DNA of 64,000 nt, from contig DPOR01000005.1 of assembly GCA_003538135.1 (NCBI GenBank), positions 111,470-175,469 of the forward strand, written 5' to 3'. The DNA is from Oscillospiraceae bacterium (GTDB lineage Bacteria > Bacillota > Clostridia > Oscillospirales > Acutalibacteraceae). The position numbers and the translations under genes are program-made. Below, piece by piece: positions 28,714 through 38,894 of this stretch; position 1 is the stretch's first letter, and the number at the start of each line of letters is the position of its first letter. The notes beneath the pieces are model-generated. The model did no database searches. It saw only the letters and a program-made list of their open reading frames with translations, and was not told the DNA's origin.

Positions 28714-29400
28714 ATGAAAAAACCGCGTTCCAAGAAAAAAACAATAATTTCCGTCCTCTGCGTGCTGCTTGCGCTCGCCGTATTGACCCCGTGCGCGATA
28801 AACGCCGCCGTGATGATAAGCGCGAGCAAGTATATCATCAGCGCGGACGAGGCGGCCGGGCGCGAGACGGACTGCGTATTGGTGCTCGGCGCAAGGGTAA
28901 ACTCCAACGGCACCCTGAGCCATATGCTCGAGGACAGAATGAGCACGGGCGTTGACCTGTATCAAGCCGGCGCGGGCAAAAAGATACTCGCCAGCGGCGA
29001 CCACGGCAGGGACTCCTACGACGAGGTCAACCATATGAAGCAGTACGCCGTCGGCAGGGGCGTTGACCCCGACGATGTGTTTCTCGACCATGCGGGCTTC
29101 TCGACCTATGAGTCGATGTACCGCGCCCGCGCCGTGTTCGAGGTCAAGAGCACGATAGTCGTCACTCAGAAATACCACCTCTACCGCGCGGTCTACAATG
29201 CGCGCCGCCTGGGTATCGACGCCTACGGCGTTGCGGCGGACAAGCGCGTCTACGGCAAGCCCGTATATAATTTTGTGCGCGAGAGCCTCGCCCGGTGCAA
29301 GGACTTCTTTATGTGCATTTTCAAGCCCGAGCCGACTTATCTCGGCGAGGTTATCCCGATAAGCGGCAGCGCGTCGCTCTCGGACGACACCGAATACTGA
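28714..29400 (+). CDS. sanA: SanA/YdcF (DUF218) family protein
   Basis: N-terminal TM; DCVLVLGARVNSNGTLSHML...ILASGDHG..., typical of DUF218. Confidence 0.75.
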   Translation: MKKPRSKKKTIISVLCVLLALAVLTPCAINAAVMISASKYIISADEAAGRETDCVLVLGARVNSNGTLSHMLEDRMSTGVDLYQAGAGKKILASGDHGRDSYDEVNHMKQYAVGRGVDPDDVFLDHAGFSTYESMYRARAVFEVKSTIVVTQKYHLYRAVYNARRLGIDAYGVAADKRVYGKPVYNFVRESLARCKDFFMCIFKPEPTYLGEVIPISGSASLSDDTEY

Positions 29401-29421
29401 CAGTTTCAAGGAGAAAGATAT

Positions 29422-30012
29422 ATGCGACTTGGCATTTTTGGCGGCACCTTCAATCCGCCGCACATGGGGCACATAAGGCTTGTTACCGCTATCGCGGACA
29501 AGCTGCAGCTCGACCATGTTCTCATTATTCCGGCGTCGGTTCCGCCGCACAAGCACGTCTTGAACCTTGCTCGCAGCAGGGACAGATTCGAGATGTGCCG
29601 CCTGAGCTTTGAGGGCGACCGTCGGTTTTCGGTCTCCGATACGGAGCTGCTCCGCGTGGGTAAGAGCTACACCTATGACACCCTCTGCGAGATAAAAAAG
29701 AAATATCCCGACGCAGAGCTGTTTTTGATAGTCGGTTCTGATATGCTCGCCACCTTTGACGAGTGGTACCGCTATCACGACATACTCATGATGTGCACCC
29801 TCTGCGCCGCCTCGCGCAAGCCGGGCTTCGTGCCCGAGCTCGAGGGCAAGTTCACGCCGGAGGAGATAGAAAAGATAAAATTCATCGAGATACCCGTTTT
29901 CGAGGTCAGCTCGACGCTTATCCGCCGCAGGCTCTCCGAGCGCGAGAGCACTCAGGGGCTTATATCCGACAAGGTGCGCGACTATATAGAACAAAAGGGG
30001 CTTTACACTTGA
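29422..30012 (+). CDS. nadD: Nicotinate-nucleotide adenylyltransferase
   Basis: MRLGIFGGTFNPPHMGHIRL (HxGH nucleotidyltransferase motif). Confidence 0.9.
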   Translation: MRLGIFGGTFNPPHMGHIRLVTAIADKLQLDHVLIIPASVPPHKHVLNLARSRDRFEMCRLSFEGDRRFSVSDTELLRVGKSYTYDTLCEIKKKYPDAELFLIVGSDMLATFDEWYRYHDILMMCTLCAASRKPGFVPELEGKFTPEEIEKIKFIEIPVFEVSSTLIRRRLSERESTQGLISDKVRDYIEQKGLYT

Positions 30013-30596
30013 ACGTACCCGAGAAATACAGAGAATATGACGAGCTTTTGAAATCCAAGCTCGACGAATACAGATACATTCACTCGCTCGGCGTTGCAAA
30101 GAGCGCAAGACACTTAGCCGAGCTCTACGGCTCCGACCCCGAAAAGGCCTATTTTGCGGGGCTTATGCACGACGTTATGAAGAACGCCGCGCCCGAGGAG
30201 CAGTTGCAAATGATAAAAAAAGCTGATATAATATTATCTTCATCCGAGCGCCTGAACCGCAAGCTCTGGCACGCGATTGCCGGGGCGGCTTTTTTGAAGC
30301 TGGAGCTTCATATCACCGACCCCGATATAATCGGCGCGGTGCGCTGGCACACGACGGGCAAGGCGGGCATGACGAAGCTCGAAAAGATAGTCTATCTCGC
30401 GGATTTCATAAGCGCGGACAGAAAATATCCCGATGTTGATAAGGTGCGCGAGCTCGCAGAGCACTCTTTGGAGGGCGCGATGCTCTACACCCAGAGATAC
30501 TGCATATCAAAGCTCCTCGCCGACGGAATGATAATCGACCCGTCGAGCGTGGACTGCTACAATGAACTTATAACCGAGAGGAGTTCAGAAGAATGA
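30009..30596 (+). CDS. yqeK: HD-domain bis(5'-nucleosyl)-tetraphosphatase YqeK
   Basis: TTG start overlapping the nadD stop (cTTGAa). HSLGVAKSARHLA...GLMHDVMK HD motif. The nadD-yqeK-rsfS order is conserved in Firmicutes. Confidence 0.75.
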   Translation: MNVPEKYREYDELLKSKLDEYRYIHSLGVAKSARHLAELYGSDPEKAYFAGLMHDVMKNAAPEEQLQMIKKADIILSSSERLNRKLWHAIAGAAFLKLELHITDPDIIGAVRWHTTGKAGMTKLEKIVYLADFISADRKYPDVDKVRELAEHSLEGAMLYTQRYCISKLLADGMIIDPSSVDCYNELITERSSEE

Positions 30597-30946
30597 CCCC
30601 GAAAGAGCTGACAAACGAAACAGTAAAAATACTCGACAAGAAAAAGGCAATCGATATCACGGCGATAAAGACCGACGAGCTGACGATAGTCTCCGACTAC
30701 TTCGTTATTGCGACCGGTACCTCTAACACCCACGTCAAGAGCCTCGCCGACGACCTCGAATACGAGATGGGCAAGTTCGGCGTTGCGCCCGAGCACATAG
30801 AGGGACGCGCGACGGGCTGGATTCTGCTCGACTTCGGCAGCGTACTCGTCCACATATTCCAAAAAGAACAGCGCGAATACTACAACCTCGAGCGTCTTTG
30901 GAACGACGCGCAGCGGCTTGACATAAGCGATCTGCTGACCGACTGA
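30593..30946 (+). CDS. rsfS: Ribosomal silencing factor RsfS (Iojap)
   Basis: 117 aa; DITAIKTDELTIVSDYFVIATGTSNTHVKSLAD. Confidence 0.85.
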   Translation: MTPKELTNETVKILDKKKAIDITAIKTDELTIVSDYFVIATGTSNTHVKSLADDLEYEMGKFGVAPEHIEGRATGWILLDFGSVLVHIFQKEQREYYNLERLWNDAQRLDISDLLTD

Positions 30947-30977
30947 GAGAGAACATCCGAAAGGAATGACATAAATT

Positions 30978-33389
30978 ATGGCAAACTACGATTTTAAATC
31001 CATTGAAAAGAAGTGGCAGGACCGCTGGGAAAAAGAGGGCACGTTTAAAGCTGTAGACGACTTCTCTCTGCCCAAGTTCTACGGACTCATAGAGTTCCCC
31101 TATCCGAGCGGCGCAGGTATGCACGTCGGCCACATCAAGGCATATTCCGGCATGGAGGTCATCTGCCGCAAGCGCAGGATGCAGGGCTACAACGTCCTGT
31201 TCCCGATAGGCTTCGACGCCTTCGGTCTGCCCGCCGAGAACTATGCGATAAAGACCGGCACTCATCCCCGCATTGTCACCGACCGCAATATCCATAACTT
31301 CACCGGTCAGCTAAAGCGAGTCGGCTTCGCGTTCGATTGGAGCCGCGTTGTCGATACGACCGATACCGACTACTATAAGTGGACTCAGTGGATCTTCCTC
31401 AAGATGTTCGAGCACGGACTCGTTTTCCGCGACAAGGCGTTCGTCAACTACTGCCCGAGCTGCAAATGCGTGCTCTCCAACGAGGACTCGCAGGGCGGCA
31501 AGTGCGATATCTGCCACAGCGACGTTGTTCAAAAGTCAAAGGACGTCTGGTTTTTGCGCATAACCGAATACGCCGACAAGCTCCTCGACGGGCTCAAGCA
31601 CGTCGATTTCCCCGCCAATATCAAGGCTCAGCAGGAGAATTGGATAGGCCGCTCGACCGGCGCGTTCGTCAACTTCACCCTCTCGGGAACTGATGAGACC
31701 ATGCGCATATACACCACCCGCCCCGACACCCTTTTCGGAGTCACCTTTATGGTCATGGCTCCCGAGCATCCGCTCATCGATAAATATTCCGAGCGCATCT
31801 CGAATATGGATGAGGTCGAAAAATACCGCACCGAATGCGGTAAAAAGACCGAGTTCGAGCGCACTCAGCTCGTCAAGGACAAGACAGGCGTCAAGCTCGA
31901 CGGTCTCACCGCGATTAACCCCGTCAACGGCAAGGAGATCCCGATTTTCATCTCCGACTATGTCATGATGGGCTACGGCACGGGCGCTATTATGGCGGTT
32001 CCCGCCCACGATCAGCGCGACTGGGATTTTGCAAAGACCTTCGGCATAGACATCGTTCAGGTCATCAAGGGCGGCGACATTGAAAAAGAGGCCTATGCCG
32101 GCGACGGCGAGATGATAAACTCCGATTTCCTCAACGGAACGGACAACAAAAAGGAATCCATAGAGAAGATGCTTGTGTTCCTCAAGGAGCGCGGCATAGG
32201 CGAAAAGGGCGTTCAGTATAAGATGAAGGACTGGGCGTTCAACCGTCAGCGCTATTGGGGCGAGCCGATTCCGATTATCCACTGCCCGAACTGCGGCATG
32301 GTAGCAGTGCCCGAAAACGAGCTTCCGCTCAAGCTCCCCGAGGTCGAGAACTTCGAGCCCGGCGAGGGCGGCGAGAGCCCGCTTGCAAAGATAGATTCCT
32401 TTGTCAACTGCACCTGCCCGAAGTGCGGCGCACCCGCCAAGCGCGAGACGGACACCATGCCCCAGTGGGCAGGCTCGTCATGGTACTTCCTGCGCTACAT
32501 CGACCCGCACAACGACAAGTGCTTCGCCGACAAGGATAAGCTCAAATATTGGCTTCCCGTCGACTGGTACAACGGCGGCATGGAGCACGTCACGCGCCAC
32601 CTCATCTATTCGCGCTTCTGGCACCGCTTCCTCTATGATATCGGCGAGGTTCCCGTTCCGGAGCCGTATGCAAAGCGCTCGGGATTAGGACTCGTGCTCG
32701 GCGCGGACGGCGTGAAGATGTCGAAGTCGCGCGGCAACGTCGTCGACCCCGACGATGTTATCAAGAAATACGGCGCGGACACCCTGCGCACATATATAAT
32801 GTTCATGAGCGACTACTCGGCCTCCGCCCCGTGGAAAGAGAGCGGCGTCAAGGGCTGCAAGCGCTTCCTCGAGAGAGTCGCGTCACTCGCGGATATCGCA
32901 AGCGGCAGCGGCACGACCGGGAAGCTCGAGTCGATAATGAACAAGACGGTCAAAAAAGTCTCGCAGGATATCGAGGATATGAAGTTCAACACCGCTATCG
33001 CAGCGATGATGACCTGCCTCAACGAGATAAACGAGGTCGGCTCGCTGACTAAAGACGAGCTGTCCGTATTCCTCCGCCTGCTCTGCCCGTTTGCCCCGCA
33101 CCTGTGCGAGGAGATGTGGGAGCAGCTCGGCGGCGAGGGACTTTGCTCAACGGCGCAGTGGCCCGACTATGACGAGAGCAAGTGCGTTGACGACGAGATA
33201 GAGATAGCCGTTCAGGTAAACGGCAGAGTCCGCGACCGATTCACCGTCCCCGCCGATATAGACGCCGCGGGCGCAATAGCCGGAGCGAAAGCGCTCGACA
33301 AGGTGAAGGAATTCACCGACGGCATGGTGTTCGTCAAGGAGCTGTATGTTCCCGGCAAGCTCGTCAACCTCGTTGTTAAGCCGCAGTAA
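30978..33389 (+). CDS. leuS: Leucyl-tRNA synthetase
   Basis: 803 aa; [16 protein letters not shown] (HIGH), KMSKS present (VKMSKSRGN). Confidence 0.95.
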   Translation: MANYDFKSIEKKWQDRWEKEGTFKAVDDFSLPKFYGLIEFPYPSGAGMHVGHIKAYSGMEVICRKRRMQGYNVLFPIGFDAFGLPAENYAIKTGTHPRIVTDRNIHNFTGQLKRVGFAFDWSRVVDTTDTDYYKWTQWIFLKMFEHGLVFRDKAFVNYCPSCKCVLSNEDSQGGKCDICHSDVVQKSKDVWFLRITEYADKLLDGLKHVDFPANIKAQQENWIGRSTGAFVNFTLSGTDETMRIYTTRPDTLFGVTFMVMAPEHPLIDKYSERISNMDEVEKYRTECGKKTEFERTQLVKDKTGVKLDGLTAINPVNGKEIPIFISDYVMMGYGTGAIMAVPAHDQRDWDFAKTFGIDIVQVIKGGDIEKEAYAGDGEMINSDFLNGTDNKKESIEKMLVFLKERGIGEKGVQYKMKDWAFNRQRYWGEPIPIIHCPNCGMVAVPENELPLKLPEVENFEPGEGGESPLAKIDSFVNCTCPKCGAPAKRETDTMPQWAGSSWYFLRYIDPHNDKCFADKDKLKYWLPVDWYNGGMEHVTRHLIYSRFWHRFLYDIGEVPVPEPYAKRSGLGLVLGADGVKMSKSRGNVVDPDDVIKKYGADTLRTYIMFMSDYSASAPWKESGVKGCKRFLERVASLADIASGSGTTGKLESIMNKTVKKVSQDIEDMKFNTAIAAMMTCLNEINEVGSLTKDELSVFLRLLCPFAPHLCEEMWEQLGGEGLCSTAQWPDYDESKCVDDEIEIAVQVNGRVRDRFTVPADIDAAGAIAGAKALDKVKEFTDGMVFVKELYVPGKLVNLVVKPQ

Positions 33390-33421
33390 AATAATCAAAA
33401 AATAAAAAATCCTCCAAGCGG

Positions 33422-33450
33422 TTGACAATAAAATTCACCTGTTGTATAAT
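33422..33450 (+). promoter_or_regulatory. Strong sigma-A promoter (TTGACA-17-TATAAT) for rpsU
   Basis: Perfect consensus hexamers with a 17-nt spacer, about 55 nt upstream of rpsU. Confidence 0.7.
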
Positions 33451-33507
33451 TAAGAGCAAGCTTATGCTTATTAGCCCTTGCAATTGCAGCGGAGGGAGGG
33501 AATATTA

Positions 33508-33684
33508 ATGAGTCAGGTCAAAGTTAAAGAGAACGAATCTCTCGAGAGCGCACTCAAGCGTTTCAAGAGACAGACTTCCAGAGACGGAGTTATCCAGGAG
33601 GTCCGCAAGAGAGAGCACTATGAGAAGCCTTCGGTCAAGAGAAAGAAGAAGTCTGAGGCAGCTCGCAAACGCAAGTACAAATAA
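33508..33684 (+). CDS. rpsU: 30S ribosomal protein S21
   Basis: [42 protein letters not shown]...; GGAGGGAGGG RBS. Confidence 0.9.
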   Translation: MSQVKVKENESLESALKRFKRQTSRDGVIQEVRKREHYEKPSVKRKKKSEAARKRKYK

Positions 33685-33771
33685 GTACCTGCACTGTACA
33701 ATTGTACATTTAAAGGCGGTGGGAATGGTTTCTCGCCGCTTTTTTCGGAGTTTTTAAAGGAGGAATAAGTC

Positions 33772-34842
33772 ATGATTTTCGAAAAGTTTCTTTCGCTTTT
33801 GCCGCCCGAGCTCGACGGTGCGCTGGTAATGTCCGAGGAGAACAGACGTTATTTCACCTCATTCCCGTCATCGGACGGCGCACTGCTCATTTCGAGAAAC
33901 GGCACTGTGTTTCTCACCGACTCGCGCTATGTCGAGGCGGCACAGAAGAAGATAACCGTCTGCCCGGTGAGACTCTCAAAGAACTTGAGCACCGAGCTGC
34001 CGCAGCTTATGAGCGAATTTAAAATAAATAACCTCGCCGTTGAGACGACAAGGCTCACCGTCGCTCAGTTCGAGGATTTCACAAAGTGGATGCCCGACAC
34101 CGGAATCTGCACCGAGAACTACGCCGACCGCGCAATAGACGCTTTGAGAATGGTCAAGTCCGATGAGGAAGTGGCCCTCGTCTGCGAGGCTCAGGCGATA
34201 GCCGAGCGCGCCTTTGACCACATTCTCGGCTTCATAAAGCCCGGCGTGACAGAGCGCGATATTCAGCTTGAGCTCGACTACTATATGCTCAGAAACGGCG
34301 CAGAGGCTCTCTCGTTCGAGACGATAGCCGTCAGCGGAGTCAACTCCTCCATGCCGCACGGCGTGCCCTCGGACAAGAAAGTCGAAAGCGGCGAGTTCAT
34401 TACCATGGACTACGGCGCGGTCGTCGGCGGCTACCACAGCGACATGACGAGAACCGTCGCCGTCGGCTCTGTGAGCGCGGAGCAGAAAAAGATTTACAAC
34501 ACCGTGCTCGAGGCGCAGCTCGCCTCTATGGAGAAGATGGCGCCCGGAGTTTCCTGCTTCGACGCAGACAAGGCGGCGCGTGACGTCATAACCGAGGCGG
34601 GCTACGGCGAATTCTTCGGCCACGGCACGGGTCACGGCGTAGGCGTGGAGATTCACGAGCAGCCGCGCGTCTCGCCCCACGCGAAGAAGGACGAGCTTCT
34701 CGCCCCCGGACATCTTGTCACCGCAGAGCCCGGCATCTACCTGCCCGGCCTCTTCGGAGTCAGGATAGAGGATATGGTGCTCATCACCGAGACGGGCAGC
34801 CGCGGACTCACCCACTCGCCCAAGGAGCTTATCATACTTTAA
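33772..34842 (+). CDS. M24-family Xaa-Pro aminopeptidase
   Basis: 356 aa; creatinase-like N-domain plus pita-bread catalytic domain (HGTGHGVGVEIHE, metal ligands D/D/H/E/E). Confidence 0.85.
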   Translation: MIFEKFLSLLPPELDGALVMSEENRRYFTSFPSSDGALLISRNGTVFLTDSRYVEAAQKKITVCPVRLSKNLSTELPQLMSEFKINNLAVETTRLTVAQFEDFTKWMPDTGICTENYADRAIDALRMVKSDEEVALVCEAQAIAERAFDHILGFIKPGVTERDIQLELDYYMLRNGAEALSFETIAVSGVNSSMPHGVPSDKKVESGEFITMDYGAVVGGYHSDMTRTVAVGSVSAEQKKIYNTVLEAQLASMEKMAPGVSCFDADKAARDVITEAGYGEFFGHGTGHGVGVEIHEQPRVSPHAKKDELLAPGHLVTAEPGIYLPGLFGVRIEDMVLITETGSRGLTHSPKELIIL

Positions 34843-34966
34843 AAATTTGCCCCGTATGTACCTTGCATACGGGGATTTTTTTGCTCAAAATTTTTGCGTG
34901 CATTCTTTATATTTTTTGTTGACCTTTTATATTTCTTTTGCTAAACTTGTGATAGGAGGGATACAT

Positions 34967-36475
34967 ATGGAAAAACTGCGAAAAACCCTATATGACGTTC
35001 TTATATTCATCGTCTCGCTCTGTATCACGGGGTCTATCTCCGTCTCAAACGTAAAAACCAAGGACACGAGCCACATCAATCTAACCGTTGACGAGACCGC
35101 CCGGCAGCAGGAGATTCTGGGCTGGGGCACCGCCGGAGCCTGGTGGCCGCAGGTCGCGGGCGCGAGTGATAACGCCGAGGAAATTGCCAAGCTGCTCTTC
35201 AGCAAGGATGGTCTCGGGCTCAATATTTACCGCTTCAACGTCGGCTCCGGTTCAAAGCAGAATCCCAATTCGCGCCTTGACCCCGACTCTTGGAAGAGCA
35301 CCGTGAGCTTCCTTGTCTATAACGAAAAGACGGGCAAGTATGAGTACGACTGGTCGCAGGACGCCGCATCGATGAAAATGCTCGACCTCGCCATGAGCTA
35401 CGGCTGCGTGGATTCCGTCGTCCTCTTCTCGAACTCCCCCCACTTTTCAATGACAATCACCGGTCAGGCGAGCGGCGGCTTCAAAAAGCATCAGAACAAC
35501 TTAAAGCCCGAATGCTATCAGGAATATGTCGATTATTTCCTTGACATAACCGAGCACTTTATCGAGCTCGGCTATCCTATCAAGTATATCAGCCCCGTCA
35601 ATGAGCCGCAGGTGTCCTGGGGCGGCGACGACGTCTATCAGGAGGGCTGCCACTATGATACCGAGGAGCTTTTCAAGCTCTACCGATTGTTTGCAAAATC
35701 CATAAAAGCGCGCGGACTCAACGTCAAGATGTCAATATGCGAGGTTTCAAAAATAACCAGCAAGACATTCGATTATCTCACTTATATCTATAATGATCCG
35801 GAGCTGCGCGAGGTTCTCGGCACCTATGCTTATCACGCCTATTGGTCAGATTACAATTATTATCTCAAGACTCTTTGGGGCAATTCCGCAAAAAAGCATC
35901 CCGGAATTATCTACGATATGTCCGAATGGTGCGAGCTGCCGACGAGGTTTAAAAATCAGGATATCAGAAACGCCCTGCGAATGGGTCAGGTCATAGCGAT
36001 GGATATGACCCTGTCTCATCCCTCCATGTGGTCATCATGGGTAGCCGTCAGCGAGGGCGACGATTACGGCGACGGACTGATAATCGCAAACCACGATTGC
36101 AGCGAGTTTCGTCTTGCCAGACGCTATTATGCGACGGCTCACTTCTCGAAGTTCGTTCCCGTCGGCAGTCATCTTATCTCCTGCACGAAGGATGTCAATG
36201 ACCGCTACGGAACAAGAAAAAAGAAAAAACTCGAATGCTTTTTCGCTTTCCGCTCGAACATCGCCGCATACCTCACTCCGGAGGGAAAAGTGGTCGTCGT
36301 AATAGTCAATAACGACAAGGAGCGCACCATAACCTTCAACGGCATCGACGGCAGAGACTCTCTCAAGCTCTATACAACAGACAGCAAGCGAAGTCTGGAG
36401 CTCACCTATGACGGAGACTACCGGCAGACAGTGACCGTCCCCGCCTACAGCATCACCACGGCAATATTCGAATAA
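34967..36475 (+). CDS. Secreted glycoside hydrolase, GH30-like (tentative family)
   Basis: Trimmed to MEKLRK (GGAGGGA RBS). Signal/TM segment. (beta/alpha)8-like core plus C-terminal beta-sandwich pattern. Family assignment is tentative. Confidence 0.55.
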   Translation: MEKLRKTLYDVLIFIVSLCITGSISVSNVKTKDTSHINLTVDETARQQEILGWGTAGAWWPQVAGASDNAEEIAKLLFSKDGLGLNIYRFNVGSGSKQNPNSRLDPDSWKSTVSFLVYNEKTGKYEYDWSQDAASMKMLDLAMSYGCVDSVVLFSNSPHFSMTITGQASGGFKKHQNNLKPECYQEYVDYFLDITEHFIELGYPIKYISPVNEPQVSWGGDDVYQEGCHYDTEELFKLYRLFAKSIKARGLNVKMSICEVSKITSKTFDYLTYIYNDPELREVLGTYAYHAYWSDYNYYLKTLWGNSAKKHPGIIYDMSEWCELPTRFKNQDIRNALRMGQVIAMDMTLSHPSMWSSWVAVSEGDDYGDGLIIANHDCSEFRLARRYYATAHFSKFVPVGSHLISCTKDVNDRYGTRKKKKLECFFAFRSNIAAYLTPEGKVVVVIVNNDKERTITFNGIDGRDSLKLYTTDSKRSLELTYDGDYRQTVTVPAYSITTAIFE

Positions 36476-36509
36476 CCGCGCACTCCGCAAAAGTGTTTAC
36501 AAAACGGCA

Positions 36510-36559
36510 AATCCTGCCCGAGGGATTCCTTGGGTAGGATTTTTTGTGTATACGGCGCG
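36510..36559 (+). terminator. Terminator-containing repeat module E (hairpin + T6 + gtgtatacggc)
   Basis: AATCCTGCCCgagggattccttGGGTAGGATTTTTT; near-identical module at 54464-54513. Confidence 0.7.
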
Positions 36560-36582
36560 AAAAACGGGAATTGCGGGGGAGT

Positions 36583-36706
36583 TATAAGCGGTACACCGTA
36601 GGGGTGAACTTCGTTTGCCCGCAGAAACCACAGCGGCTAATCCGTGCAACACCCCCTCTGCCTCGCCTCCCCCATAATTGCAGCTGCGTCGCAACTCCCG
36701 CTTTAA
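36583..36706. repeat. Fragments of repeat module D
   Basis: tataagcggtacaccgtagggg (reverse complement of the module D 5' part) and taattgcagctgcgtcgcaactcccgcttta. Confidence 0.5.
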
Positions 36707-36774
36707 CACCGTCTTTACCGCCCTATATCCCGCCGCTCCGAATGCTGCTCTCCCGTTCATCCCTCCAAACAAAA

Positions 36775-36815
36775 AAGGCCTCCGTATGCTGTCACACGGA
36801 GGCTTCGTTTTCTGT
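36775..36815. terminator. Bidirectional hairpin terminator
   Basis: aaaaaaGGCCTCCGTatgctgtcacACGGAGGCttcgttttctg; serves the convergent minus-strand HAD gene. Confidence 0.6.
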
Positions 36816-36821
36816 TCTGTT

Positions 36822-37391
36822 TTACTTTACCTGCTTTATCTTGTTTCCGGAGACGAGGAATGCGTGCTCGGAAATCTCCATCATCGGGGTGTCGTTGACG
36901 GAATCGGTATAGAAATTGTCGATTGTCGTGTCGGGATACATCTCCTTGAAGCGGTCAACCTTTTTCGCGCGGAAGCAGAGGTCGACTATGTGCGCGTTGC
37001 CGTCGGTGCGCGAGCAGATGTAGTTCTTGATGTTGAGTCTGTGCATGACCTCGTCGAGCAGCATCTCGGGGCTCGCGGAGATTATCACGTCATCATCCTG
37101 CCTCTGGCGGAAATAGAAGGGCTTTATCTTGTGGATATTCGTATCCCAGAACTCGGTCACGAGCGCATCGAAATCCTCTATGCCCTTGTAGTACTCGGTG
37201 ACGACATCGGAATACTGCTCAAGCGCTTCCTCGGCGTTTATCGTGCCCTTTGTGTATTTGTAGAGTCCGCTGAAAACGTCGGGAATGTACTTGACGAGCG
37301 AGGGGTCTTTCTTGAAAAGAAAGACAAACAGGTCAAAAAAGCTTTCGCCGTCGTAGATCGTGTTGTCAAAATCGTAAACATTCATTTTCAT
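36822..37391 (-). CDS. HAD-superfamily (subfamily IB-like) phosphatase
   Basis: MKMNVYDFDNTIYDG (DxDxT motif I). Upstream TTTACA-17-TATTAT promoter (about 37441-37470, reverse strand). Confidence 0.7.
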   Translation of the reverse strand: MKMNVYDFDNTIYDGESFFDLFVFLFKKDPSLVKYIPDVFSGLYKYTKGTINAEEALEQYSDVVTEYYKGIEDFDALVTEFWDTNIHKIKPFYFRQRQDDDVIISASPEMLLDEVMHRLNIKNYICSRTDGNAHIVDLCFRAKKVDRFKEMYPDTTIDNFYTDSVNDTPMMEISEHAFLVSGNKIKQVK

Positions 37392-37558
37392 TTTCTCCTT
37401 GTTCGGGAAGTTCTGCACACATCCCAAAGTTATTTTCTCCTCTAAATAATACCATATTTTTAACTGTTTGTAAAGACGCCCTGTGCGATTGACTAAACGG
37501 GATTTAATTGGTATAATGATATGAGGTATGTACGAAAATAAGAAAGGACTGAAAAACG

Positions 37559-38221
37559 ATGATGAAAATAGCTCCTTCAATGCTCGCAGGCGACTTCTCC
37601 CGCATGGGCGAACAGGCCGCAATGATAGAAAAAGCAGGCGCCGATTGGCTTCATTTAGACGTTATGGACGGGCATTTCGTGCCCAATATAACCTTCGGCG
37701 CGCCGATTATAAAAAGCATACGCGACAAGAGCTCTCTTGTCTTTGACGTTCACCTGATGATAAGCGACCCGCTCAAATATGTTCCCGACTTTGTAAAGGC
37801 GGGCGCGGACGTTATCACGTTCCATATTGAGTCGGATTCCCCTGTCGACGAGACTGTTGACCTCATCCGCTCGTCGGGCTGCAAGGCGGCTCTCTCCGTC
37901 AAGCCCGGCACTCCCGTCGAGAGCGTTTTCCCCTATCTCGACAAGCTCGACATGGTACTCATTATGACCGTTGAGCCCGGCTTCGGCGGTCAGAAGTTCA
38001 TGGCGGATATGATGCCCAAGATAACCGCCCTGCGCGAGGAGTGCGAAAGGCGTTCGCTCGATATTGAGATTCAGGTCGACGGCGGCATATCCGCAAAGAC
38101 CATTGAGGAGCCCGCGCGCCGCGGTGCCACTGTCTTTGTCGCGGGAAGCGCCGTGTTCGGAGCGGACGACCCCGCTCAGGCGATAGCTCAGATGAAATCC
38201 ATTGCCGCAGGCTGCAAATAA
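37559..38221 (+). CDS. rpe: Ribulose-phosphate 3-epimerase
   Basis: IAPSMLAGDFSRMGEQ...HLDVMDGHFVPNITFG...VDGGI. Confidence 0.9.
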   Translation: MMKIAPSMLAGDFSRMGEQAAMIEKAGADWLHLDVMDGHFVPNITFGAPIIKSIRDKSSLVFDVHLMISDPLKYVPDFVKAGADVITFHIESDSPVDETVDLIRSSGCKAALSVKPGTPVESVFPYLDKLDMVLIMTVEPGFGGQKFMADMMPKITALREECERRSLDIEIQVDGGISAKTIEEPARRGATVFVAGSAVFGADDPAQAIAQMKSIAAGCK

Positions 38222-38776
38222 TCAGCCGCCGAAAAGCCTTTTCAACGCATCTCTCTCCGATATGCACCTCCAGTGCTCGCGGGTATGCGATGCCGAGAAG
38301 GGCGAGTCTATCGGCGTGCCGAACTCGCTTAATATGTGCTCGGGCGCGTCGGTCGGGCTTTCGCCCATAAGCAGGCGGTATCTGCCCTCCGACTCGTAGA
38401 GCCCGCCGCTTTCGCAGCGTCCGCCGAGCGCGTGCGCCGCGTCCATGACGGCGTCGAGCGAACAAAACTCGTATACGGCGGTATTTTCCCCCTTCTTTAT
38501 CGACGGGGTGCGGACCGCACGCGAGCCGTCGGCGCAGAGGGTGAACTTCAAAATGCACCCGCCCCTGCCTGCAGGTACGGCCTCGATTATCATCCGCCCG
38601 CTCGGGTCGATGTCGCGTTTTAATTCGTGACCCGCTCGGTCGAGCAGGGTCCAGACCACGCGGCGCGTCTCGATATTCGAGTAGTCCATCTGCTCGTATG
38701 TAATGTTGAGCGCGTCCATGTCGCGCGCCGAGAGCTCGATGGTTATCCTGTTTTCCGCCGGCGCAAGTATCTTCAA
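38222..38776 (-). CDS. mecA: Adaptor protein MecA-like
   Basis: MKILAPAENRITIELSARDMDALNITYEQMDY... N-domain and C-terminal ...YEFCSLDAVMDAAHAL...GGLYESEGRYRLLM...EHILSEFG resemble MecA. Confidence 0.6.
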   Translation of the reverse strand: MKILAPAENRITIELSARDMDALNITYEQMDYSNIETRRVVWTLLDRAGHELKRDIDPSGRMIIEAVPAGRGGCILKFTLCADGSRAVRTPSIKKGENTAVYEFCSLDAVMDAAHALGGRCESGGLYESEGRYRLLMGESPTDAPEHILSEFGTPIDSPFSASHTREHWRCISERDALKRLFGG

Positions 38777-38894
38777 GCGCTTCCCCTCCTTATAAATCAG
38801 AAAGTCTCTGCCTTATATAATATTACGCGCCCCCTCGGCGTGCAATGCAAAATTTTTGCCAGCTGAAAAAAAGGCAAAAAGAAAGGTTGATTTT

